From NCBI GenBank assembly GCA_036338695.1, contig JAYZBQ010000009.1, positions 32,001 to 96,000 on the forward strand: a stretch of DNA of 64,000 bases, read 5' to 3'. A program made the translations under genes and the position numbers. The notes below the pieces were generated by a model. It was not told the DNA's origin. It saw only the letters and a program-made list of their open reading frames with translations, and did no database searches. Numbering within the stretch: the first letter of the stretch is position 1; each line of letters begins with the position of its first letter. Below, piece after piece: positions 31,732-40,522 of the stretch. The stretch is from Myxococcota bacterium. Lineage in GTDB: Bacteria; Myxococcota; UBA4151.

Positions 31732-32397
31732 GTGAAGAAACAACGCACGCTGATCATCGGAGGCGGTCTACTCTTTGGCAGCGGCTGCAGCGGCGAAGCA
31801 CCCGAGCCGCCGGTCGTCACGCCGGACGCAGGCACAACCGCCGATTCAGGCGTGAGCGCCGATGCAGGGTTATCGCCCGCGGATACGGGCTCTATCGCAG
31901 ACTCGGGTCCTTTACTGGACTCGGGCGTCGTGACGGCGGACAGCGGCACCCCGGATGCAGGGTCTGCACCACCCGACGCAGGCGCACCAGCAGCTCCGCC
32001 CAACAACGGCGACGCCTGCACCGACCGCGGCGACGCCTACTGCGCTGCAGGGCAAGTGAGCTTCTTTTGCACCGGCACGCACTGGCAAGCGACCGACAAC
32101 TTCTCATGCGACGCCTGCGGTGAGGGCGTTGACTTTAATGGCTACACGACGGCGACCTGCGGCTTCGAACCCCAGGCGCGCTGCACGCGCATGGGTCAAG
32201 GGTTCTGCGACGAGAACCTACGCCCCGAGGCCGTCTGCCAAGGGAGCTGGGTCTCGCTGGAGAACGACGGGATGTGCAGCGACTGCGAGCTCGACGATCA
32301 AGGGTACCTGCGCACTGCCTGCGCTGTGCCCGGATTCATCGGGATCCATCGAGCGGGGCAACCGCGCCACCCTGGCCACAGCCTCAGACCGCGCTAG
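31732..32397 (+). CDS. Cys-rich lipoprotein with a D(A/S)G-rich linker and two internal 6-Cys repeats
   Basis: GGAG at 31721-31724 and GTG 31732 give MKKQRTLIIGGGLLFGSGC (lipoprotein-like); PDAG/DSG linker; two C-x3-G-x3-C...C..G..W...CxxC...GY....C units. Confidence 0.7.
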   Translation: MKKQRTLIIGGGLLFGSGCSGEAPEPPVVTPDAGTTADSGVSADAGLSPADTGSIADSGPLLDSGVVTADSGTPDAGSAPPDAGAPAAPPNNGDACTDRGDAYCAAGQVSFFCTGTHWQATDNFSCDACGEGVDFNGYTTATCGFEPQARCTRMGQGFCDENLRPEAVCQGSWVSLENDGMCSDCELDDQGYLRTACAVPGFIGIHRAGQPRHPGHSLRPR

Positions 32398-32483
32398 AGG
32401 CGGACTTCGATCAGTTTGAGCTTGCGCCGGCGAGGCGAGGAACGTAGCGGGACACGCCCGCTGCTTGGCGGGACTTTAATCTC

Positions 32484-32570
32484 CACGCTCGAGGCTGGAG
32501 ATCCTCCCTGGGTGATCCCGCCTTCGTGCGCGGATTGGGCGGGTCGCTCGAGCGGTCGTTTGAACCCGAA
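32484..32570 (+). promoter_or_regulatory. Putative rpsB 5' leader (S2 autogenous operator, t44-like)
   Basis: CGCTCGAG (32486-93) pairs with CTCGAGCG (32547-54); GGGTG (32510-14) is followed by a CCCGCC/GGCGGG hairpin; AACCC (32563-67) sits just before the SD. This is the same layout as known S2 leaders. Confidence 0.55.
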
Positions 32571-32580
32571 AGGAAGCTCG

Positions 32581-33399
32581 ATGAGCAAAAGCCAATTGTC
32601 CATGAAGAAGATGCTCGAAGTCGGTGCCCACTTTGGCCACCGCGTCTCGCGCTGGAACCCCAAGATGAAGCCCTTCATCTTTGGTGCGCGCAACGGGATC
32701 TACATTCTCAACCTTCAAGAGACACACTACCGCTTCGCCAAAGCTTATGAGTTCGTCGCCAAGATGGCGTCACGCGGCGATCAACTCCTCTTCGTCGGCA
32801 CCAAAACCGCCGCCGCTGAGACCCTGCGCGAGCAAGCCGAGCGAGCCAACCAACCGTACGTGACAGAGCGCTGGCTCGGCGGTACGCTCACCAACTGGGC
32901 GACGATTCGTCAGAGCGTGGAGCGGATGCGCAAGCTCGAGAAGCTCCTGGGTGACCAGGTGGCGGTGAGCAGCTACACCAAGAAAGAGCAGCTTGACATG
33001 GAACGCTCCATGGCAAAGCTCGAGCGCAACCTCTCAGGTATCCGTGACATGAAGCGCCGCCCGGGCGCCGTGTTTGTGGTCGACATCAACCGTGAAGCGA
33101 TCGCCGTTCGAGAAGCGCGCCGGCTGAACATCCCCGTGATCGCCCTGGTCGACACCAACTGCGACCCGGACGTCGTCGATTATCCGATCCCGGCGAACGA
33201 TGACGCCATCCGCTGCATCGAACTCTTCGCTTCGACGCTAGCCGACGCCTGCGTCGAAGGCGCCGCTCGCTACAAAGAAGAGCAGGCGCGGCGTCCCAAG
33301 AAAGAAGCCGCAGCTAAGGACAAAGCGCGCGAAGAGGGCGGTCCAGAGGTCGCCGTGATTCACAGCGCCAAGAAGGACACCAAAGAGAAAGAAGCTTAG
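32581..33399 (+). CDS. rpsB: 30S ribosomal protein S2
   Basis: GAHFGH...WNPKMKPFI, RWLGGTLTN, DTNCDPD, PANDDAIR; AGGA SD before ATG 32581. Confidence 0.98.
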   Translation: MSKSQLSMKKMLEVGAHFGHRVSRWNPKMKPFIFGARNGIYILNLQETHYRFAKAYEFVAKMASRGDQLLFVGTKTAAAETLREQAERANQPYVTERWLGGTLTNWATIRQSVERMRKLEKLLGDQVAVSSYTKKEQLDMERSMAKLERNLSGIRDMKRRPGAVFVVDINREAIAVREARRLNIPVIALVDTNCDPDVVDYPIPANDDAIRCIELFASTLADACVEGAARYKEEQARRPKKEAAAKDKAREEGGPEVAVIHSAKKDTKEKEA

Positions 33400-33430
33400 T
33401 CGCTAAGCTGATAGATAAAGGATAGAATCG

Positions 33431-34315
33431 ATGAAGATTACCGCTTCACAGGTCAAAGAGCTGCGCGACCGCACCGGCGCCGGCATGATGGATTGCCGCA
33501 AGGCGCTCGTCGAATCCGAGGGCAACCTCGACGAGGCGGTCGAGGTGCTGCGCAAAGCAGGGGCTGCCAAAGCGGCTAAGAAAGCCGGGCGTGTCGCTGC
33601 GGAAGGACTCGTTGACGCCGAGATCATGGACGACGGAACCGCTGTCCTCGTTGAGGTGAACTGCGAGACCGACTTCGTGGCGCGTAATGAGAGCTTCCGC
33701 TCGTTCGTCGGCACTATTAAAAGCACGGTCGCTGCAGACGGCGCGGACGATGTCGCCTCCAAGGTCGACACCGAGCGCACCGAGCTGGTGGCGACGATCG
33801 GTGAGAACATCCAAGTCCGGCGCGCCGAGCGCTTCGACTCGAGCAGCTCGAACTTTGCGTACGTTCACCCCGGCAACCGAATCGCCGTGATCCTCAAGAT
33901 CGATGGCGGCGACGGCTCCGATGCGCTCAAGACCTTCGGCAAGGACCTGTGCTTCCACATTGCGGCAATGAACCCGCTGTGCACCAGCCCAGACGATGTC
34001 CCCGCTGACGTGATCGCCCAAGAGACGCGCATCGCGCGCGAGCAGCTGATGGCAGAGGGCAAGCCAGAGGCGATGATCGATAAGATCATCCCGGGCAAGC
34101 TCAAGCGCTTCTACAAGGATCGCTGCCTGCTCAACCAGGAGGCTGCGATGGGCGACGACGGCGTCACCAATCAGGCGCTGCTCGACCAGCTGAACAAGGC
34201 GAGCGCTACCCCCGTTCAGGTCGGTGGCTTCGTCCGCTACGAGCTCGGCGAAGGTATCGAGAAGAAGGAAGACAACCTGGCGGCTGAGGTCGCCGCCATG
34301 ACCGGCGGTGCGTGA
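33431..34315 (+). CDS. tsf: Elongation factor Ts
   Basis: VKELRDRTGAGMMDC, EVNCETDFVA, GENI, RYELGEGIEK. Confidence 0.98.
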   Translation: MKITASQVKELRDRTGAGMMDCRKALVESEGNLDEAVEVLRKAGAAKAAKKAGRVAAEGLVDAEIMDDGTAVLVEVNCETDFVARNESFRSFVGTIKSTVAADGADDVASKVDTERTELVATIGENIQVRRAERFDSSSSNFAYVHPGNRIAVILKIDGGDGSDALKTFGKDLCFHIAAMNPLCTSPDDVPADVIAQETRIAREQLMAEGKPEAMIDKIIPGKLKRFYKDRCLLNQEAAMGDDGVTNQALLDQLNKASATPVQVGGFVRYELGEGIEKKEDNLAAEVAAMTGGA

Positions 34316-35029
34316 GTGAGTTACCAACGCGTCCTGCTCAAGCTCAGCGGCGAAGCGCTGCAAGGTCAGCAGGGCTACGGGATTGACCCCAAGGTCCTCG
34401 CTGATCTCTCGGCGGAGCTCGCTGAAGTGCACGCAACAGGCACACAGCTCGGCTTGGTCTTGGGCGGCGGGAATATTTTTCGTGGGATCGCCGGTGCAAG
34501 CGCTGGGATGGACCGCGCCCATGCTGATTACATGGGTATGCTCGCCACCGTGATCAACGCCCTTGCGATGCAGGATGCGCTCGAGAAGGCAGGCGTGCCG
34601 ACGCGCGTGATGACCGCCATCAACATGCCGGAGGTGGCGGAGCCGTACATCCGGCGCCGTGCGATCTCACACCTCAACAAGGGGCTCGCTGTGATCTTTG
34701 CGGCGGGTACGGGGAACCCCTTCTTTACCACGGACACTGCGGCTGCGCTGCGTGCGATGGAGGTCGGCGCAGACGTCATCCTCAAAGGGACCAAGGTCGA
34801 CGGGATCTATGAAGAGGACCCGTTCAAAAACCCTGGCTCACGTCGCTTCGAGGAGATCAGCTACACGGAAGTGCTGCGGCGGCGACTTGAGGTGATGGAC
34901 GCAACGGCGATCAGCCTCTGCCGTGAAAACGGGATGCCGATTGCGGTGTTCAACATGAACGGGCGAGGGAACATTCAGCGTATGATCGCCGGTGACACGG
35001 CGATCGGTACGGTGGTCGTTCCGGACTGA
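34316..35029 (+). CDS. pyrH: UMP kinase
   Basis: [35 protein letters not shown]. Confidence 0.98.
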   Translation: MSYQRVLLKLSGEALQGQQGYGIDPKVLADLSAELAEVHATGTQLGLVLGGGNIFRGIAGASAGMDRAHADYMGMLATVINALAMQDALEKAGVPTRVMTAINMPEVAEPYIRRRAISHLNKGLAVIFAAGTGNPFFTTDTAAALRAMEVGADVILKGTKVDGIYEEDPFKNPGSRRFEEISYTEVLRRRLEVMDATAISLCRENGMPIAVFNMNGRGNIQRMIAGDTAIGTVVVPD

Positions 35030-35040
35030 AAGGCAGATAG

Positions 35041-35598
35041 ATGATCAACGAGGTCTTGGAAGAGGTTCAATCTGGGATGGATGAAACCATCGAGGCGATC
35101 CGTCGCGACCTAGCAAGACTCCGGACCGGTCGCGCCAACGCCAACATGCTTGAGCCGGTTCGTGTGGACTATTACGGCTCGGCGACGCCGCTCAACCAAA
35201 TGGCGAGCGTCACGGTCCCCGAGGCGCGTATCCTTCAGATCAAACCTTGGGATAAAACAGCGATTAATGACATCGAGCGGGCGCTCCACGAGGCGAACCT
35301 CGGAGTCTCTCCGCAAAACGACGGTGAGGTGATCCGCCTGATCTTTCCGCCGACCACGGAAGAGCGCCGGCGCGAGTTCGTCAAGGAAGCCTGGGGGCAG
35401 ATCGAGAACGGTAAGGTCTCCATCCGCAACAAGCGCCGTGACGGAAACGACATGCTCAAAGAGCTCGAGAAAGAGGGCGAGATCAGCGAGGATGAGCTCA
35501 AGCGAGGGCTCGCTCGGGTTCAGGAGTTGACCGACTCCAACACCAAGGCTTTGGACGAACTCGGGAAATCTAAAGAAGAAGAGATCCTGACCGTTTAG
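35041..35598 (+). CDS. frr: Ribosome recycling factor
   Basis: RTGRAN, VDYYG, PQNDG, PPTTEERR. Confidence 0.97.
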   Translation: MINEVLEEVQSGMDETIEAIRRDLARLRTGRANANMLEPVRVDYYGSATPLNQMASVTVPEARILQIKPWDKTAINDIERALHEANLGVSPQNDGEVIRLIFPPTTEERRREFVKEAWGQIENGKVSIRNKRRDGNDMLKELEKEGEISEDELKRGLARVQELTDSNTKALDELGKSKEEEILTV

Positions 35599-35616
35599 CG
35601 GTCAAAGACCGCCGTG

Positions 35617-36327
35617 ATGTCGGAGCTCCCTCGCCATGTCGCAATCATCATGGACGGCAACGGCCGCTGGGCACAGGCTCGACACCTCAGTCGGATCGAT
35701 GGCCACCAAGCCGGGGCGAACACGGTACGCCGCGTCACGACTCGGGCGCGCGAGCTCGGCATCGAATCGCTGACCCTGTACGCGTTCTCCACTGAAAACT
35801 GGCGGCGGCCGAAGGATGAGGTGCGCGGGCTGTGGAAGCTGCTCGTCGACTACCTTCGCTCCGAGCTGCCGACGCTCCTAAAGAACCAGATCCGGCTCAA
35901 GCTCATCGGCGATCCAGGCGCCATCCCGAAGCTCGCCCAAAATCGTCTCAACTCGGTGATTGAGCGCACCGCAGGCTCAAGCGCCATGACGCTCAATCTG
36001 GCGCTCAACTACGGCGCACAAAGCGAGCTCGTTCACGCCTTCAAGCAGATCCAGCGCCAGGGTGAAACGATCGACGCTGAGCAGATCGAGAGGCACCTGT
36101 ATACCGCGGGTCAGCCGGCGGTCGACCTCTTGATCCGCACCGGCGGCGAGCGTCGGCTCAGCAATTTCTTGCTCTGGCAGGCAGCGTACGCCGAGCTCTA
36201 CTTCTGTGACACGCTGTGGCCGGATTTTAGCGACGAGCACTTCGACCAAGCGCTCAACGATTTTCGACAGCGAGAGCGGCGCTTCGGTCAAACCAGCGCC
36301 CAGCTTAGCCAGCGAGCCGCACCATGA
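35617..36327 (+). CDS. uppS: Undecaprenyl diphosphate synthase
   Basis: PRHVAIIMDGNGRWA, AFSTENW, RTGGERRLSNFLLWQ, RRFG. Confidence 0.97.
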   Translation: MSELPRHVAIIMDGNGRWAQARHLSRIDGHQAGANTVRRVTTRARELGIESLTLYAFSTENWRRPKDEVRGLWKLLVDYLRSELPTLLKNQIRLKLIGDPGAIPKLAQNRLNSVIERTAGSSAMTLNLALNYGAQSELVHAFKQIQRQGETIDAEQIERHLYTAGQPAVDLLIRTGGERRLSNFLLWQAAYAELYFCDTLWPDFSDEHFDQALNDFRQRERRFGQTSAQLSQRAAP

Positions 36328-37148
36328 ACCTGCTCCTACGCATCCTCTCCGTTGCGGTCCTGCTCCCCATTGTGCTCGCCGCGATCCACTACGGGGGGCT
36401 CGCTTTCTACGGACTGCTGACGGTCGCCGTGGCGATTGCGCTGTATGAAGGGCTCGCCCTCGTGCTTCCAGACCTTGAAGAGCGACGCATTCAGACGCTC
36501 ATCTTGGGCGGCACGCTCGGCGGCTTGGGCGCACTAATCCACATGGACTCGATGCCGGTTGCGTCGGGTCTTGCGCTGCTTCTATGCGGCTCGGCGCTCA
36601 GCGCTGCTGAGGTGGTCGCTCGCCCGGGCGAACTCGAGTCGGCGGCGCGCCGCTGGCAAGGCGCCGTCTTCGTTGCGCTCTACGCGGGCGTCCCGCTGCT
36701 GATGATGTTGGCGCTGCGCAAGCTGGGGACTGCAGACCAGGGCACCCGCTTTCTCTACCTCTGCCTTGCGGCGACGTGGAGCAACGACACCATGGCGTAC
36801 TTCGCCGGTCGAACCTTCGGTAAGCGCAAGATGCACCCGACGATCTCACCCAAAAAGACCTGGGAAGGGTTTGCGGGGGGCGTCCTTGGCAGTCTCGCCG
36901 CCGCCTTCGTGTGCAAGTCCCTCTTTCTACCCGAGCTCAGCTGGGCGGTCGCGGCGGTCTACGGCTTGGTGATGGCGCCGCTGGTCCCGCTCGGCGATCT
37001 CGCCGAGAGCGTGCTCAAGCGCGTCTCGGGCGTGAAAGACAGCGGTCAGCTCATCCCGGGACACGGCGGTCTCTTGGATCGCGTCGATGCGCTCTTGTTT
37101 GCGCTGCCGTGGACCTATCTCGTGGCCTTGTTCACGATCCGCCCATGA
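36324..37148 (+). CDS. cdsA: Phosphatidate cytidylyltransferase
   Basis: DTMAYFAG, ISPKKTWEG, GDLAESVLKR..GVKDSG..IPGHGGLLDRVD. Confidence 0.96.
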   Translation: MNLLLRILSVAVLLPIVLAAIHYGGLAFYGLLTVAVAIALYEGLALVLPDLEERRIQTLILGGTLGGLGALIHMDSMPVASGLALLLCGSALSAAEVVARPGELESAARRWQGAVFVALYAGVPLLMMLALRKLGTADQGTRFLYLCLAATWSNDTMAYFAGRTFGKRKMHPTISPKKTWEGFAGGVLGSLAAAFVCKSLFLPELSWAVAAVYGLVMAPLVPLGDLAESVLKRVSGVKDSGQLIPGHGGLLDRVDALLFALPWTYLVALFTIRP

Positions 37149-38296
37149 TCCGCATCGCCCTACTCGGCTCCACCGGCTCGATCGGGACCCAATGTCTCGA
37201 CCTCGTCGAGCGGTTCCCAGAGCAGCTCGCCGTCGTTGGCTTGGGCGGCGGACGGCAGCTCGAGCTGCTCGCGCAACAAGCCAAACGCTTTCGACCGCGT
37301 CTGGTCACCTGTCAGGACGAGGGAGACGTGGCGAGGCTAACCGCTTTGATCGATGATCCGACCATCGCCATCGAGGCCGGCGCCGCAGGGCAAAGAGCGC
37401 TCGCAACGCTCGACGAGGCGGACACCGTGGTGGCGGCGGTCGTCGGCTACGCCGGGCTGGTCGGGACCCTCGCAGCCGCAGAGGCGGGCAAGCGCATCGC
37501 CCTGGCCAACAAGGAGAGCCTCGTCGCAGGCGGCGAGCTCGTCATGAAGACCCTTGCGCAAAACGGCGGTGAGATCATCCCGATCGACTCCGAGCACGTC
37601 GCCATCCATCAGTGCCTGAGTGGCGAGCAGCACGCCTCCATCCACCAGCTCTGGCTCACCGCAAGCGGAGGCCCTTTTCGAGGCGCCGATCGCAACGCGC
37701 TGGCTCACATCAGCGTCGATGAAGCGCTCGACCACCCGAACTGGTCGATGGGTCCCAAAATCACCATCGACTCGGCGACGCTCATGAACAAGGGGCTCGA
37801 GCTGGTCGAGGCGACGTGGTTGTTTGACTGCCCACCGGATCAGGTGCAGATCGCCGTCCATCCCCCCAGCCTCGTTCACTCGATGGTCGAGTTTGTTGAC
37901 GGCACCTTCAAGGCGCAGCTCGGCGCGCCCGATATGCGCTCGGCGATCGCCTACGCGCTCTCGCCATCGCCTCGTCTGCCGCTGCGCGCAGTCGACGGCG
38001 TCCGGCTCTGGAACCCGCTCGATCAGGCGCTTGAATTCGAACGTTATGATCGATCGGTCTTTCGAGCGCCCGACCTATGCCGAGCGGCGCTTCGCCAGGG
38101 CGGGGGGACGCCGGCGGCGCTCAACGCGCTCAACGAGGTGCTCGTGGCTCAGTTCCTGGGCGGTCGGCGAAGCTTTTTGAGCATCGTCGATGACTTGGAG
38201 CGCGGTTTGGAGGCGTTGTCGCAGCAGGCTCTGGCGGGCGACTCGCTCGAGGCGATCGTCGCCGCGGACGCAGCAGGGCGCGCGTGGGCGGGCTAG
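37145..38296 (+). CDS. dxr: 1-deoxy-D-xylulose 5-phosphate reductoisomerase
   Basis: LGSTGSIG, ANKESLV, PIDSEH, HPNWSMGPKITIDSATLMNKGLE; ATGA overlap with cdsA at 37145. Confidence 0.97.
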   Translation: MIRIALLGSTGSIGTQCLDLVERFPEQLAVVGLGGGRQLELLAQQAKRFRPRLVTCQDEGDVARLTALIDDPTIAIEAGAAGQRALATLDEADTVVAAVVGYAGLVGTLAAAEAGKRIALANKESLVAGGELVMKTLAQNGGEIIPIDSEHVAIHQCLSGEQHASIHQLWLTASGGPFRGADRNALAHISVDEALDHPNWSMGPKITIDSATLMNKGLELVEATWLFDCPPDQVQIAVHPPSLVHSMVEFVDGTFKAQLGAPDMRSAIAYALSPSPRLPLRAVDGVRLWNPLDQALEFERYDRSVFRAPDLCRAALRQGGGTPAALNALNEVLVAQFLGGRRSFLSIVDDLERGLEALSQQALAGDSLEAIVAADAAGRAWAG

Positions 38297-39828
38297 AACG
38301 CTCGGCGTGGTGGAGGGCGGCGGCGCTCTTTGGGCTCTTCTTGGTCCCGCGCATAGCGCTGCTCGGAGACGCTCGCTGGACCGGTGAAGAGAGCTGGTTC
38401 TTCTGGGAGATCTATCAAACAGCGCAGGGCGAGCGTTGGTCTGCCTTGGGCACCCCCGTCTCCGGCACACGGGGCGCGCATCCCGGCCCCTACTTCTATT
38501 TTCTCCTCGCGCCCTTTGCCTGGAGTGGCTCGCCTTGGCTGACGAGCCTTGGCGTCGCGCTGCTCGATAGCCTGGGGCATCTGCTGGCGCTCATGGGGCT
38601 CGCTACGCTGCTGATCGGTCGACCGCATCGGCGGGTGGCGCTGACCGTGGCGGCGCTGATCTTGGCACTGAGCCCGTGGGCGCTTCTGTACGCAGACCGC
38701 CCCTGGAACTCGAACCTCGTGAGCCTTCCCGTCGGGCTGGCGTTGCTCGGCTTTGCTCGGTGGCTCGAGGCGCCGCAGCGCTGGCGCGCCTTTGCTCTGC
38801 TCACCATCGGGTTGGCGACCTTACCGAGTTTCCATATGTCGGCGCCGATCATCGGACTGCCCATGCTGATGATGGTGGCTTGGCGCTGGCGAACGCTCAG
38901 ACCAGCCAGCGTGATCACTGGAGCGGCGCTCTCCGTTATCATCTGGAGCCCTTATGCGCTCCACGAACTCAAGCACTCAGGGGCCAACACGCGTGGGCTA
39001 ATGACCCGTAGCCTCCCGGCGGTCAGTGACACCGAGAACACCGTTCTGGCGCTGAGCTGGCCGTGGCGCTTGGTCGCGCCGGAGATCGGTTACCACGCGC
39101 AGAAAGGGTACTGGTCACCGTATCAGCCGAGCGGATGGCGGCAGCCTGGTTCCTCGGCGCAGCGGTCGTGGCGAGCGATTCATGGTGACCTCGTGGCGCC
39201 AGGTGTCGCGCTCGGCGGCTTACTCATGCTGACGCTGTGGGTTGCTTATCTGGTCAGCCTGAAGAAGCGAGATCAGCGCGACCAACTCAGCGCGCTGTGG
39301 TTGAGCGGCACGCTGATCGGCTGGGGGCTGCTGCTGATCGCGGGGCGGCGCGCCTACCCGCATTACCTGCAGCCGCTCCTTCCCTACTACGCAGCCGTCG
39401 TCGGGCTCGGTTTTGCTCAGCTCTGGGACCGCCCCAAACTGCGCAGCGCCCTCGGGCTGGCGCTCGCGATCAGTTTAGGCACCGGACTCGTCGTCACCGA
39501 GCGCTTTCAGCGACTCAACGATCGGCCCTTTGGTTTAAACGCCAATCTCTACACGGCTGATCTGATGCAGCGCTTCGGATCGATCAAACCCGTCTTTTGC
39601 GGCGCCCTTGGGTACCGAAATGAACGACAACTCAGTCAGCTGATGCGCGTCACCCATCCAGACGCTGAAGGCGGCTCATCGCGCGGCTACCTCGTCCATC
39701 TACTCGAGGGCGAGGCTTCCGCAGAGGCGAAGCGATTGGCCCAGTGGTCGAGCACACGATACGGAATTCAGCACTTTTTAGTGCTCGGCGCTTTACCACA
39801 GCCGCTGCGGAGACTAGGGTGCCGGTAG
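38284..39828 (+). CDS. Polytopic membrane protein, ArnT/PMT-like (GT-C) glycosyltransferase family
   Basis: Multiple TM segments; WTGEE in the first loop, HPGPYFYFLLAP, SPW...YADRPWN and YPHYLQP resemble GT-C enzymes. Confidence 0.6.
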   Translation: MGGLERSAWWRAAALFGLFLVPRIALLGDARWTGEESWFFWEIYQTAQGERWSALGTPVSGTRGAHPGPYFYFLLAPFAWSGSPWLTSLGVALLDSLGHLLALMGLATLLIGRPHRRVALTVAALILALSPWALLYADRPWNSNLVSLPVGLALLGFARWLEAPQRWRAFALLTIGLATLPSFHMSAPIIGLPMLMMVAWRWRTLRPASVITGAALSVIIWSPYALHELKHSGANTRGLMTRSLPAVSDTENTVLALSWPWRLVAPEIGYHAQKGYWSPYQPSGWRQPGSSAQRSWRAIHGDLVAPGVALGGLLMLTLWVAYLVSLKKRDQRDQLSALWLSGTLIGWGLLLIAGRRAYPHYLQPLLPYYAAVVGLGFAQLWDRPKLRSALGLALAISLGTGLVVTERFQRLNDRPFGLNANLYTADLMQRFGSIKPVFCGALGYRNERQLSQLMRVTHPDAEGGSSRGYLVHLLEGEASAEAKRLAQWSSTRYGIQHFLVLGALPQPLRRLGCR

Positions 39829-39830
39829 TC

Positions 39831-39848
39831 TGAATGAGGATTCATTCA
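39831..39848. promoter_or_regulatory. Palindromic operator TGAATGA-GGAT-TCATTCA (FadR/YsiA-box-like)
   Basis: Perfect 7-bp inverted repeat ending 3 nt before the TetR ATG. It differs at one position from the Bacillus FadR box as I recall it (TGAATGANTANTCATTCA). Confidence 0.75.
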
Positions 39849-39851
39849 ATT

Positions 39852-40520
39852 ATGAGCCGCAGCCCCGACAAGCGTCATCTGATCATCACCGCCGCGCAAA
39901 AAGTCTTCTCACAAGTGGGCTTTGACCGAGCTCGAATCTCGGACATTGCTCGCCGGGCGGGCGTCGCTGACGGAACCATCTACCTTTATTTTAAAAGCAA
40001 AGATGAGCTGCTCATCAGCCTGTTTGAAGAGCGCGTCGCTCCGGCGATGCAGGCGATCGAGGCGAAAGTCCAAGAGGGTCATCAAGATCCGCGAGAGCGC
40101 TTTGCGCAGCTGATCAGAGCCTACCTCGGGGCGATGCAGAGCGACCCCTCGCTGGGCTCCATCATCACCATGCAGGTTCGCCAGAGCCGGCGCTTTGTCA
40201 CCGACTACGACAACCGCCCATTGGCCAAGTTCTTCTCGGTGCTGCGCGCCATCCTCGACGACGGAATAAAGCAAGGGCTGTTTCGTCGTGACGTATCGAT
40301 CGATGCGCTTCGCTGGATGGTCTTTGGCAGCCTCGACGCGTTCACGTTGGCGTGGGGGCTTGGGCGCAACAGCGCCACCGACCTCAACGACCTCGGGGAC
40401 CACCTCGTCCGGCTCACCCTCCGAGGGCTCAGCTCGGGCGACAACCCAACCTTGATGCCGCAGCCGGCGCCGACGATTCAGCAAGACACCACCGACACCT
40501 TTGACCCAGCATTGGACTAA
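39852..40520 (+). CDS. TetR-family regulator, FadR(YsiA)-like
   Basis: ISDIARRAGVADGTIYLYFKSKDELLISLFEE HTH; sits at the head of the beta-oxidation/ETF genes. Confidence 0.9.
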   Translation: MSRSPDKRHLIITAAQKVFSQVGFDRARISDIARRAGVADGTIYLYFKSKDELLISLFEERVAPAMQAIEAKVQEGHQDPRERFAQLIRAYLGAMQSDPSLGSIITMQVRQSRRFVTDYDNRPLAKFFSVLRAILDDGIKQGLFRRDVSIDALRWMVFGSLDAFTLAWGLGRNSATDLNDLGDHLVRLTLRGLSSGDNPTLMPQPAPTIQQDTTDTFDPALD

Positions 40521-40522
40521 GC

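Noticed and set aside
32416..32580. N-terminal extensions on RpsB, also Dxr (36911), MutM (52585), LeuA-like (62541) and UvrB (23594)
   Set aside because: Longest-ORF artefacts; conserved N-termini, SD sequences and stop/start overlaps indicate later starts.
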